Shown here one piece after another: positions 16,353 through 25,565 of a stretch of 40,273 nt of DNA. A program made the position numbers and the translations under genes. The notes below the pieces were generated by a model, which saw nothing but the letters and a program-made list of their open reading frames with translations, was not told the origin of the DNA and did not search any database. Origin of the DNA: an uncultured Candidatus Saccharibacteria bacterium (lineage in GTDB: Bacteria > Patescibacteriota > Minisyncoccia > Phycocordibacterales > Zambryskibacteraceae); assembly GCA_964618905.1 (NCBI GenBank), contig CAZUDK010000001.1, positions 158,614 through 198,886 of the forward strand. Reading direction: 5' to 3'. Each line of letters starts with the position of its first letter. The first letter of the stretch is position 1.

Positions 16353-16599
16353 TTAACTCTGCGTCCAAATCTTCTGTGTTTGTTGATTCAAGATCAGCCC
16401 CATTAGAATCCGAACTGTCTGAATTGCTTTGAGTGTTAATTGATTCTACAGCCTTATTTATTCTGTCTTCGTTTATCAGGCTGTTATCAGTCTTCCGCTG
16501 GCTCCAAAAATATAAACCTCCGATGACTATAACAGCCAGGATGATAATAGTACCAATAATCGGGCCTACCGAACCGTTTGGAGTGTTTTCTTGTTCCAT
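16342..16599 (-). CDS. Small single-pass membrane protein
   Basis: GPIIGTIIILAVIVIGGLYFW then acidic tail; lies between ppa and tig. Confidence 0.7.
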   Translation of the reverse strand: MEQENTPNGSVGPIIGTIIILAVIVIGGLYFWSQRKTDNSLINEDRINKAVESINTQSNSDSSDSNGADLESTNTEDLDAELNDI

Positions 16600-16676
16600 T
16601 AAATTTTTATTTACGCGCACCCCGCTCATTATTCTGGTTAATGAGTGGCTAATACGCTTGTATAATAACAAATTTA

Positions 16677-17207
16677 TTAGTTTTTTGCCGGAAATTTATC
16701 CTTGTACAGCTTTAATCCTTCCTCAAAGGCCTTTTCCGCCTCCTCTCGGCCGCTAAAGCCGTTAACTTCCACTTCTTTGTTCTGAAGTTTCTTGTATGTA
16801 GTGAAGAAATGCTCCATTTCAAGAAGAGTGTGCTTATTTACATCTTCCAGCTCGCGAACACTGTCGAATCTAGGGTCATCGACGGGAACAGCTATGATCT
16901 TCTCATCCCTCTCACCGCCATCTACCATGTTCATAACTCCTACTGGACGAGCTCTAACCAATATACCGGGTACGAGAGGGTAGGTTGTGAGGAGCACCAC
17001 GTCTAAAGCATCACCGTCATGCCAAAGAGACTGGGGCACGAAGCCGTAATCAAAAGGATATGGCTGAGCAGTATGCATAGCACGGTCGAGGGCTATGAGA
17101 CCTGTCTTCTTATCTATTTCGTATTTATTGTTTGAACCTTTGTTGATTTCAATAACAACATTCATTGCTGTCTTATCACCAGGTTCCACTTCATGCCATA
17201 AATTCAT
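16677..17207 (-). CDS. ppa: Inorganic pyrophosphatase (family I)
   Basis: KYE, YPFDYG, DGDALDV, DEKIIAV, FFTTYK. Confidence 0.97.
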   Translation of the reverse strand: MNLWHEVEPGDKTAMNVVIEINKGSNNKYEIDKKTGLIALDRAMHTAQPYPFDYGFVPQSLWHDGDALDVVLLTTYPLVPGILVRARPVGVMNMVDGGERDEKIIAVPVDDPRFDSVRELEDVNKHTLLEMEHFFTTYKKLQNKEVEVNGFSGREEAEKAFEEGLKLYKDKFPAKN

Positions 17208-17258
17208 AATGATAGTTTACTAGATTATTTGTTTAATACTATTTTAATAGCGAGGAAG

Positions 17259-17353
17259 GAAAACTAATTTGTCGTGCCTTGCGCAGCCGCGGCAGCGGCG
17301 AGCAGAGCAGAATTTTCAGCAGAAAATTACGCGTGCACAGGAAATTAGTTTTC
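17259..17353. repeat. Dispersed ~70-bp element, copy 1, within a 12-bp locus-specific inverted repeat
   Basis: Core 17272..17340 near-identical to 24191..24256; arms GAAAACTAATTT/AAATTAGTTTTC. Confidence 0.9.
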
Positions 17354-18643
17354 TCCCGAGCCTACCTCATCGGCGGAGTCTTCTACTGTAGTGTCTTGCG
17401 ATTCTTCAGTTTCCTCTGCCGGTTTTGCTGTTTCAGCTTCTGCTGAAACTTCTTCAAGAGCTTCTTCTACAATTTCTGCCGGTTTCTCTCTTTCTTCCTC
17501 AGGAACTTCTGCTGTAGCAAGCTCCTCTCCGCTTTGAGCAGATTGAATGTCTATCTTCCAGCCTGTGAGCTTAGCAGCAAGACGCACATTCTGACCACCT
17601 TTACCTATAGCAAGAGATTGCTGGTCTTCAGAGATGTGAACTGTGGCTGTCTTAGTTTCTTCGTCTATATCTATGTCGATGACTTTGGCAGGGGAAAGGG
17701 CCTCTTCTATAAACCTTTTAGGTTCCGGAGACCATTCGATTATATCTATCTTTTCTCCTCTTAACTCAGACATGACTGTCGATACACGCACACCTCTTTG
17801 TCCGACCAGAGCGCCGACCGGATCGATGTGAGTATCAACTGCATGAACAGCAATTTTTGACCTGTAACCTGCTTCTCTGGCAATGGCTTTGATTTCTACT
17901 GTACCGTTGGCAAGTTCCGGAGACTCTGCTTCAAAGAGCTTCTCAAGAAACTTAGGATGAGATCGGGAAAGTCTTAAGAACACGCCTCTTGGACTGTCTT
18001 CAACTCTGTATAGGTAAGCGCGGACGCGTTCACCTTGGCTGAATTTTTCGCCCGGAATCTGTTCTTCATAAGGCAGAAGGCCAGTAGCCCGTCCCATATC
18101 TATAAAGATATTGCCTCTTTCGATGCGCTGAACAGTACCGGTGATGATTTCTCCTTCTCGCTTGCCGTATTCTCCGACAACAGACATCTTCTCCGCTTCA
18201 CGGATCTTTTGCATGATGACCTGCTTGGCAGTCTGGGCAGCAATGCGGCCGTAATCTCCCTTAGATTCGATAGGGAAGATTATTTCATCATCAAGCTGAG
18301 CATCTTTCTTAATCTTTCTGGCATCATCTAAGAGAATATGATGTTCAGGGTTGTAAACAACTCTTTCGTTTTCGCCGAACTCCTCAGACTCACCATACTC
18401 TTCGTCTTCTTCATCTTTAAATATAACTCTTGAGTCATCTACCACTATCTTGACCTGGAAAAACTGAACTTCTCCGGTCTGAGGACTGAAATCTGCACGT
18501 ATTATCTGGCCTTTTTTGCCATATTCTTTCTTATAAGCGGTTGCTAGAGCAGCTTCAATAGCCTCAAGAATCTTCTCTCGAGGTATGCCTCGAACTTCTT
18601 CAAGTTCTCCTAAAACGGAATTTATAACCTTTAAATCAAACAT
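17345..18643 (-). CDS. nusA: Transcription factor NusA
   Basis: GRIAAQTAKQV, S1 domain, AREAGYRSKIAV, SLAIGKGGQNVRLAAKLTGWKIDI; start taken at MFDLK. Confidence 0.97.
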   Translation of the reverse strand: MFDLKVINSVLGELEEVRGIPREKILEAIEAALATAYKKEYGKKGQIIRADFSPQTGEVQFFQVKIVVDDSRVIFKDEEDEEYGESEEFGENERVVYNPEHHILLDDARKIKKDAQLDDEIIFPIESKGDYGRIAAQTAKQVIMQKIREAEKMSVVGEYGKREGEIITGTVQRIERGNIFIDMGRATGLLPYEEQIPGEKFSQGERVRAYLYRVEDSPRGVFLRLSRSHPKFLEKLFEAESPELANGTVEIKAIAREAGYRSKIAVHAVDTHIDPVGALVGQRGVRVSTVMSELRGEKIDIIEWSPEPKRFIEEALSPAKVIDIDIDEETKTATVHISEDQQSLAIGKGGQNVRLAAKLTGWKIDIQSAQSGEELATAEVPEEEREKPAEIVEEALEEVSAEAETAKPAEETEESQDTTVEDSADEVGSGEN

Positions 18644-18775
18644 AAATAATTTGTTTTTTATCAAAGAAGTCCGCCTTTCGGCGAACTTCTTGCTGTTCAT
18701 ATCTACTTCCACATTATATCACACGATAAAACTTATGCAAATAGCCCTATAAGTTGGCTTTTGGAAAATAAATAG

Positions 18776-18802
18776 CTACCCCCTCGCTTCGCGAGGGGGT
18801 AG
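18776..18802 (-). terminator. Intrinsic terminator
   Basis: 12-bp stem CTACCCCCTCGC/GCGAGGGGGTAG, T-rich tail on minus strand. Confidence 0.75.
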
Positions 18803-18809
18803 AGGCTCC

Positions 18810-19022
18810 TTACAAATCAAGGATTTCCGCCTTATCCGCAACGACTACCGTGCGCGCACCTACGCGCCGGAGGAATTTCAAGAATTCCTTATCCAACTCG
18901 CTCTCGAGTACGAGAGCGATGCTGTGTTCGCCGTTTCTGTCGGCAAACCATTCGACAGTTCTGCCGCGAGAAGGGGAGCGGCCGACTTTTGCCCATCGTA
19001 GATCATATAAATCGGGACACAT
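18810..19022 (-). CDS. 70-aa hypothetical protein
   Basis: AAAGGAGG-catc-ATG; extended -10 TGATAAATT upstream; own terminator. Confidence 0.7.
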   Translation of the reverse strand: MCPDLYDLRWAKVGRSPSRGRTVEWFADRNGEHSIALVLESELDKEFLKFLRRVGARTVVVADKAEILDL

Positions 19023-19081
19023 GATGCCTCCTTTCTGCAAAGAGCCTCCACACTTAATTTATCACGCAAAAGCTTAAATCA

Positions 19082-20002
19082 CTATTTCCTTCTTGAATGG
19101 AATTTCTTGTGTGTATCCCGCAAGTGCTTGTCTGTTACATGGGTGTATACCTGAGTTGTAGAGATATTGGCATGACCAAGAAGCATTTGGACACTTCGAA
19201 GATCAGCTCCGTTTGAGAGTAAGTCTGTTGCAAACATGTGCCTGATTATGTGCGGAGTAACTTTTTTTGAAATGCCTGCTTTGGTGGCGTAATACTTAAT
19301 GAGCCTCTGCACTGAGCGGCTAGAGAGGGGAGCGGCGGCATCAAGCTTCTCTTTCTGTCCTTTCTTAGGCTCTTTTATTTGGATAAAAAGATGCTCGCTC
19401 ATATCCTTGCGTTTGTTCAAATATTTTTTTATGGCGTCCTTTGATTCCGAAGAAAAGAATACTACGCGGATTTTCTCACCCTTACCTCTGATGGAAAGCT
19501 CATCATGAGAAAGATTTATATCACGCGGCAGAGAGCACAGCTCTGAAACTCTGAGGCCGGTGGAAAACAAGGTTTCAAGCAGGGCCTTGTCTCGCAAACC
19601 CAAGAGGGTGGAGGTATCGGGCATTTCCAAAAGACGCATAAGCTCTTCGCGGGTTATCAGGTCTATATGCCGCTCGCCAACTTTGGCAAGCTCTATGACT
19701 TCAGGTGAAATGACTGTGACGCCGCGCTTTGCCAAATACTTAAAAAAGGCCCTCAGAGCTATAAGATAATAGTTCTGAGTCTTTTTCTTTAACGTGTCTT
19801 TAGCGGAAGAAGGCTGTCTGTTGAGCCATAATCTGTATTCTCTAAGCATGGCGTCAGTTATCTCGGAAGGAGATTTAGCCTCCGAGAACTCCAAGAACCG
19901 CGATAGATAACGGTCGTAATTTTCAACTGTTTTCAAGCTGCGTCCCTTCTCTATTTCGATATATTCAAGAAACTCCCTCTTAAGTTGCTCTAAATGTGTC
20001 AT
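19082..20002 (-). CDS. xerC: XerC/XerD family tyrosine recombinase
   Basis: TGLRVSEL, GKG, HIIRH, LLGH, TQVYTHV. Confidence 0.88.
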   Translation of the reverse strand: MTHLEQLKREFLEYIEIEKGRSLKTVENYDRYLSRFLEFSEAKSPSEITDAMLREYRLWLNRQPSSAKDTLKKKTQNYYLIALRAFFKYLAKRGVTVISPEVIELAKVGERHIDLITREELMRLLEMPDTSTLLGLRDKALLETLFSTGLRVSELCSLPRDINLSHDELSIRGKGEKIRVVFFSSESKDAIKKYLNKRKDMSEHLFIQIKEPKKGQKEKLDAAAPLSSRSVQRLIKYYATKAGISKKVTPHIIRHMFATDLLSNGADLRSVQMLLGHANISTTQVYTHVTDKHLRDTHKKFHSRRK

Positions 20003-20097
20003 GATTTAGCAGATATTTTCCGACATTATACCACGCATCCAAGGCTAAAATGCCGTAGAGACTTGCAAAATGAGCCCAGATGTGCCATATTTTAGTT

Positions 20098-20367
20098 ATG
20101 ATTTCAAAGACCAAAAAAGGCAGAATCATCAAGGACGTCCAGATCCACGATAAGGATACGGGCTCTCCTGAGGTGCAGATTTCAATACTGACAAAACGAA
20201 TCGAAGAGCTTGCTGCCCACTTAAAGAAAAACAACAAGGACAACCACTCTCGAAGAGGTCTTTTGGCTATGGTGGCAGACCGTCAAGCACACATGAAGTA
20301 TCTTGAAAAGAAAGATCCTAAGAGAGCAAAAACACTTGCCAAGAAAATAGGTCTGAAGAAATCCTAG
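20098..20367 (+). CDS. rpsO: 30S ribosomal protein S15
   Basis: DTGSPEVQI, HLK...KDNHSRRGLL; 89 aa from ATG 20098. Confidence 0.97.
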   Translation: MISKTKKGRIIKDVQIHDKDTGSPEVQISILTKRIEELAAHLKKNNKDNHSRRGLLAMVADRQAHMKYLEKKDPKRAKTLAKKIGLKKS

Positions 20368-20451
20368 AGCAGGTTCTAGCGGCTAACTTCTAGGTGCTAG
20401 CCTAATTCAAGAATCTGAATCTCAAGTTTAAAAGCTAAAAGCTAAATTTTA

Positions 20452-20997
20452 ATGACAGTTATTAAGCACAAAGCCCAGAGAGTCGGCATTTTTATAGACA
20501 CTCAAAACCTTTATCACAGTGCTAAAAACCTTTTTCATTCACGAGTGAACTTTGGGGCAATAGTTAAGGACGTACTAGACGGGCGATCCTTGATCAGAGC
20601 CATAGCATACGTAGTTACCACCGAGTCCGGCGATGAGAAAGCTTTTTTTGGAGCTCTTTCCAAAGTCGGTATAGAAACTCGCACCAAGCCTTTGCAAATC
20701 TTTCTCGGAGGAGCAAAGAAAGCAGACTGGGATGTGGGTCTTGCCGTTGATGCTATCAAGATGGCACCTCGCCTCGATACAGTCATCATCGCTTCCGGAG
20801 ACGGAGACTTCGTACCGCTTGTTGAATATCTTAAAAACTATCAGGGTTGCCAGGTGGAGGTAGTAGCCTTCGGCAAGTCTTCTTCAGCACGACTTATTGA
20901 AATTGCTGATGATTTCCTTGATCTGGATCAAAATCCTAAAAGATACTTGCTCGGATACGAGACAAAGAAAAGCACTTCCAAAAAAAGCTCTGAATAA
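20452..20997 (+). CDS. NYN domain (LabA/DUF88) protein
   Basis: FIDTQN, KADWDV, SGDGDF. Confidence 0.9.
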   Translation: MTVIKHKAQRVGIFIDTQNLYHSAKNLFHSRVNFGAIVKDVLDGRSLIRAIAYVVTTESGDEKAFFGALSKVGIETRTKPLQIFLGGAKKADWDVGLAVDAIKMAPRLDTVIIASGDGDFVPLVEYLKNYQGCQVEVVAFGKSSSARLIEIADDFLDLDQNPKRYLLGYETKKSTSKKSSE

Positions 20998-21069
20998 GAA
21001 TTCAGAATTAATAATTCAAAAGCATAAAACCAGTTTTCTTCCTACGACAAGGAATGTAAAATGAATTGA

Positions 21070-22182
21070 ATGAATCCTGCAGAAAACAAAACAACTGCTG
21101 CGCAAAACACTTCTGTTCCTCCAACTTCTCAAAACCAGACCCCTCAAGCAACTCAGGAAAGCCAACCTTCCAGCCTTAAACAAATCCGCACATATCAAGG
21201 AGATATTGCTCAAGCCATACAAGGACAAAATGAGTCCATCTATTCCATACGGCAGGCCGAAAAAGCCAGAGAAGCTGCTGTTGAAAATAAAAATCCTGAA
21301 CAAGAGCAATCATCTCCCAACAGACTCAAAGCTATCGCTCTGCTTGTAGGAAGTTTTATTCTGGTTGGCGCCGGAGTTGTTGGGGGCTGGTATTCGTACG
21401 TTCAATTCATCAAAAAAACAGCACTGCCAAATATAGAAGTACCGGCAAACCGCCTTGTCATAGCTTCGAAAGTTGTTGACTTCGACTCTTCTGAACTGAG
21501 CAGAAGCTCTTTAATAAAAGCTGTTATGGAAGAGAGCTCAAAAGCCGATCTTGCGGAAGGAGAAATTCTTCACATAAATATTTCAGAAAAGATTGTTGAC
21601 GAAGAAACAGGCGAGACTTCTGTAGAACCTGCTTCAAGCCAAAAGCTCATGGAAATACTCGGCAGCAGGGCTCCGGGAAATTTAGTTAGAGCTTTCAATC
21701 CGATTTTCATGCTCGGTGCAATAGAAAAACCAGCTAAGAAAGTTGAGGCAGCTGATATTTTTTCTACTTCTACTCCTAGTGTCGCAAGTTCTACCAGTGA
21801 GGTTTCCAGTACTACTGCTAGCAGCACCGGCACTACGACACCGGTTGTTCTTCCGGAAGTTGCTGATGAAAGCATCTTTCTTATCATTAAACTCGATTCT
21901 TTTGAAAATGCTTTTGCCGGCATGCTTGAATGGGAGAAGAACATAGCTGAAGATATAGGACCTTTGTTTGCAACCAGAGAAATACTGGCGCAAATTCCAG
22001 CTGGAACCGCTTTTTCGGATATAACAGAAAGAAACAAGGATTCAAGAGTCATTAAAACAGAGGATGGCCAAACGGCTCTGCTTTACTCTTTCTTTAATGA
22101 TGATACCCTCATAATCACTGACAATTTAGAAACTTTGCACGTCATTATAGATAGACTAACAAACAAGCTTCTATCCCGATAA
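21070..22182 (+). CDS. Hypothetical single-pass membrane protein
   Basis: 370-aa ORF, one TM segment, Ser/Thr-rich insert, IRTYQGD and FAGMLEWE motifs. Confidence 0.75.
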   Translation: MNPAENKTTAAQNTSVPPTSQNQTPQATQESQPSSLKQIRTYQGDIAQAIQGQNESIYSIRQAEKAREAAVENKNPEQEQSSPNRLKAIALLVGSFILVGAGVVGGWYSYVQFIKKTALPNIEVPANRLVIASKVVDFDSSELSRSSLIKAVMEESSKADLAEGEILHINISEKIVDEETGETSVEPASSQKLMEILGSRAPGNLVRAFNPIFMLGAIEKPAKKVEAADIFSTSTPSVASSTSEVSSTTASSTGTTTPVVLPEVADESIFLIIKLDSFENAFAGMLEWEKNIAEDIGPLFATREILAQIPAGTAFSDITERNKDSRVIKTEDGQTALLYSFFNDDTLIITDNLETLHVIIDRLTNKLLSR

Positions 22183-22227
22183 AGACGGCACTGGATTTAG
22201 AAAAGTTTTACATGTAAAATATCGCAA

Positions 22228-22587
22228 ATGACATTAGATTACGAATACTTCAAAGAAAAACTTGAGAAGGAACAGAAGAAAGTTGAAGAAGAACTTCAAA
22301 AAGTAGGAAGGAAAAATCCTGATAACCCTTCGGATTGGGAAGCAACGCCGGAGAGCACAGAAGATTCCGCAGATGAAAATGTGGTAGCAGACCACATTGA
22401 AGACTATGAAGGGAACAACGCCATAGTAAATACTTTGGAAACTCGCTTAAAAGATATACGAAGCGGTCTCGACAAAATTAAGCATAACGTCTATGGCACA
22501 TGCCAAGTCTGCGGCAAAGAAATAGAGCAAGACAGGCTGGAAGTTAATCCTGCCGCCCGCACCTGCAAAGAGCATATTAATGCCTAG
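22228..22587 (+). CDS. DksA/TraR family zinc-finger protein
   Basis: Coiled coil with acidic tip; YGTCQVCGKEI...RL...PAARTCKEH. Confidence 0.88.
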   Translation: MTLDYEYFKEKLEKEQKKVEEELQKVGRKNPDNPSDWEATPESTEDSADENVVADHIEDYEGNNAIVNTLETRLKDIRSGLDKIKHNVYGTCQVCGKEIEQDRLEVNPAARTCKEHINA

Positions 22588-22633
22588 TAAGACGCAGGAA
22601 TTCCCGCAAACCTTTTCTATGTATACTTAATGC

Positions 22634-24163
22634 ATGGGTTTCTCTAAAGTTTATAGCGCTCAGCCAAACCTGCTTAATATCACTCCTATTTCCATTGAGG
22701 CGGACATTACCCGCAAGACTCTTCATGCTTTCTCGGTGGTAGGGCTTCCGGATAAAGCTGTGGAAGAGGCGCGGGACAGAGTCTCGGCTGCCATAAAAAA
22801 TTCCGGCTTCACTTCTCCGAAAGCAAGCAACCAAAAAATACTGATCTCTCTGGCGCCGGCCGACCACAAGAAAGAAGGGCCGGCTTTTGACTTGCCGATA
22901 GCTCTCTCATATCTTCTTGCTAATGAAGAAATAACTTTTGATCCGGAGAAAAAGATGTTTCTCGGGGAGCTGTCGCTCGACGGCAAGGTGCGGCCTATAC
23001 GCGGCGTCCTGCCCATAGCCAAGTTTGCCAAGGAAGCCGGCTTTGAAGAACTTTATGTGCCGAAAGAAAATGCCGAAGAAGCAGCTTTGATTGAAGGGAT
23101 CAAGGTCTACGGAGTTTCATCACTTGAAGAAGTGATACGGCATTTGACCGGCGAGGCCTCTATAGAGGCCTCGCCTTTAACAAAGTTTAGAGTAGAAGAA
23201 ACTGAGACTAAAACAGTAGATTTCTCTGATATAAAAGGGCAAGAGAGGGCAAAGAGAGGGCTCTTGATAGCTGCAGCCGGCGGACACAATGCCGCCATGT
23301 ACGGCCCTCCCGGCACCGGTAAAACTATGTTGGCAAAGGCTTTCACAGGAATTTTGCCGGAGCTTACATTTGAAGAAGCTCTAGAAGCCACAAGCATACA
23401 TTCGGTAGCCGGCACTTTGGAAGAGACAATGATCACAACTCCTCCCTTCCGCTCTCCTCATCACACATCTTCTTATGTTTCCCTTGTTGGAGGAGGAGCT
23501 GTACCAAAACCCGGGGAAATAACCTTGGCACATAGAGGAGTGCTGTTTCTCGATGAGTTTCCTGAGTTTGAAAGACGGGTAATAGAGAGCTTGCGCCAGC
23601 CTCTTGAGGATAAAATTATTTCTGTATCAAGAGCAAAAGGTACAATGCATTTTCCGGCCAACGTTCTTCTTATTGCGGCCATGAACCCATGCCCTTGCGG
23701 AAATTACGGTTTCAGGGGCAAACCTTGCATCTGCACTCCTGCAGCTATCAACCGATACAGAAGAAAGATGTCCGGACCTATAGTAGACCGCATAGATATC
23801 TGGCTTGAAGTAGACAAGATCCCACCTCGAAGCATGCAGGAAGAAGAGAGTGGAGAGAAGAGCGACTATTTTAAAAATTTAGTAAACAAAGCAAGGCAGT
23901 TTCAAAAGGAGAGATTCGGTGAAAGAAAAATTTCAAACAATGCTGAAATGAGCGCCCGAGATATTGTGATGTTTTCAAATTTAGATAAAGAAGCAGGGGA
24001 GGCTTTGAACTTGGCAGCCGAACGTTTAGGATTTTCTCCGCGTGTTTATCACAGAGTAACAAAGGTTGCACGCACCATTGCTGACCTCGAAGGCAGCGAT
24101 AGCGTTAATCGCGACCACATTCTCGAAGCCGTCGAATACCGGCCGAAGAAGTTTGATGTGTAA
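22634..24163 (+). CDS. comM: ComM/YifB Mg-chelatase-like AAA+ ATPase
   Basis: VGLPD, GELSLDG, GPPGTGKT, PFRSPHH, LFLDE, AMNPCPCG. Confidence 0.95.
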   Translation: MGFSKVYSAQPNLLNITPISIEADITRKTLHAFSVVGLPDKAVEEARDRVSAAIKNSGFTSPKASNQKILISLAPADHKKEGPAFDLPIALSYLLANEEITFDPEKKMFLGELSLDGKVRPIRGVLPIAKFAKEAGFEELYVPKENAEEAALIEGIKVYGVSSLEEVIRHLTGEASIEASPLTKFRVEETETKTVDFSDIKGQERAKRGLLIAAAGGHNAAMYGPPGTGKTMLAKAFTGILPELTFEEALEATSIHSVAGTLEETMITTPPFRSPHHTSSYVSLVGGGAVPKPGEITLAHRGVLFLDEFPEFERRVIESLRQPLEDKIISVSRAKGTMHFPANVLLIAAMNPCPCGNYGFRGKPCICTPAAINRYRRKMSGPIVDRIDIWLEVDKIPPRSMQEEESGEKSDYFKNLVNKARQFQKERFGERKISNNAEMSARDIVMFSNLDKEAGEALNLAAERLGFSPRVYHRVTKVARTIADLEGSDSVNRDHILEAVEYRPKKFDV

Positions 24164-24169
24164 AATAAA

Positions 24170-24277
24170 AACAAAAAGCAAATAGGTTTGTCGTGCCTTG
24201 CGGAGCCGCGGCGGCGAGCAGAGCAGAATTTTCAGCAGAAAATTACGCGTGCACAGCAAACCTATTTGCTTTTTGTT
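24170..24277. repeat. Dispersed ~70-bp element, copy 2, within a 21-bp locus-specific inverted repeat
   Basis: Arms AACAAAAAGCAAATAGGTTTG/CAAACCTATTTGCTTTTTGTT, perfect. Confidence 0.9.
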
Positions 24278-24330
24278 AGCTAGAAGAAACGTTGTGCCCC
24301 TCGACTACACTCGGGACATTTTAGCTATCG

Positions 24331-25290
24331 CTAAAACGGATTCTTGGCGCCGCGGACTTCGAAGTGGACATGAGGACCTGTGGAGTGTCCGGTACTGCCT
24401 ATCTCTCCTATGACCTGACCTTGCTCAACTTCTTGGCCGACAAATGCCCTAACCTTGGACATGTGAGCATAGAGAGTCTGGGTTCCGTTTGGATGTTTGA
24501 TTACGACATAGAGGCCGTAACCACCGTTATATCCGCTAGGCTTGGCGACGATAACCTTACCGCTTGCTGCTGCTCTGATATTCGTACCGATAGGGGCTGC
24601 AAGGTCAACCGCATTATAACCGTGTATACCCTGACTCTTAACACCTCCTGATATCGGTCTTATGAAGTACCCTGATAGAGATTTTGAATTTGAGAAAGAA
24701 GACTTTTTAGATGATGAACTTGATGAACTGCCGGAGAGGGAACCGTTAGGAACGATGATGACATCGCCTACGGAAAGCTTTGTATCCGCGGAAAGTCCGT
24801 TGTAGGCAAGAACATCCTCAACCTTGGCATCATACTTGCTTGTAATGGACTCAATAGTGTCTCCAGATTTAACTGTATGCCTGACTCCAGAGATAGGTAA
24901 GATAACAAGTTCGTCTCCAGGCCTGATAGTGCTGTCTTCTATATTGTTGGCCCAAGTAATCGTATTGATAGACACATCAAACATCTGAGCAATAGATGAA
25001 AGAGTGTCCCCATCGCGTACTATATAGACACTAATCTGACCTCCGGACTCGCTGGCATCAATAAAGACAGTAGCGCTGTCTCCTCCATGCACTAAAGCCA
25101 TGTTGTCTACTATGGCAAGCTCCGCTGCAGCCGCGCCAGTTGGATTTGTATTTAAATAACCCTCAAGAATACTCATTGTCTGAGAAGTTTGGGGCTTCTC
25201 AACTTCAGGCAGACGGGAAACCTTTTCTCCACCTCCGCGAGCGTAAAGGGCTGTCGGAGGATACGAGATAAAGGCAAAAGGGCTAAGCAT
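24331..25290 (-). CDS. LysM-domain M23 family peptidase
   Basis: Two LysM (YIVRDGDTL, HTVKSGDTI); HGYNAVD, YAHM, TGPHVHFE; frame open upstream to about 25395. Confidence 0.93.
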   Translation of the reverse strand: MLSPFAFISYPPTALYARGGGEKVSRLPEVEKPQTSQTMSILEGYLNTNPTGAAAAELAIVDNMALVHGGDSATVFIDASESGGQISVYIVRDGDTLSSIAQMFDVSINTITWANNIEDSTIRPGDELVILPISGVRHTVKSGDTIESITSKYDAKVEDVLAYNGLSADTKLSVGDVIIVPNGSLSGSSSSSSSKKSSFSNSKSLSGYFIRPISGGVKSQGIHGYNAVDLAAPIGTNIRAAASGKVIVAKPSGYNGGYGLYVVIKHPNGTQTLYAHMSKVRAFVGQEVEQGQVIGEIGSTGHSTGPHVHFEVRGAKNPF

Positions 25291-25565
25291 CAGAACAATT
25301 CTGACGCCTACTATAAGATATGGGTGATTGGAGCCAAAGAGAGCTAGGTTTTTAAGAAAATCTCTTCGGCGCTTATTGGTAGAAATAAAAAAGGGTTAAA
25401 CTTCTCAAGTGGTCAGGCGGTAAATCAGAAATGGCTCTACTGAGCCATATTTCAGTCATACTTTTCTTTCCGCTAAAGGCATTATAGCTCAGAAAAAGCT
25501 GCAGAGTCAATCCATTTTTCCACTTCAAAATGAGGTCTTAGCAGTTGTGTTATAGTGGACTTCTA

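Noticed and set aside
14581-19022. Short 5-9 bp hairpins covering stop codons of several small genes as a general mechanism
   Set aside because: Stems this short arise often by chance; only the inverted repeats of 12 bp or more at gene ends were kept.
19082-20002. Tyrosine recombinase as a prophage, ICE or integron integrase
   Set aside because: Size and motifs fit chromosomal Xer; neighbours are mostly core genes; no att repeats or attC array were seen.
20365-20450. Degenerate CTAG/GCTAA short repeats between rpsO and the NYN gene
   Set aside because: Too degenerate to define a unit or boundaries by eye.
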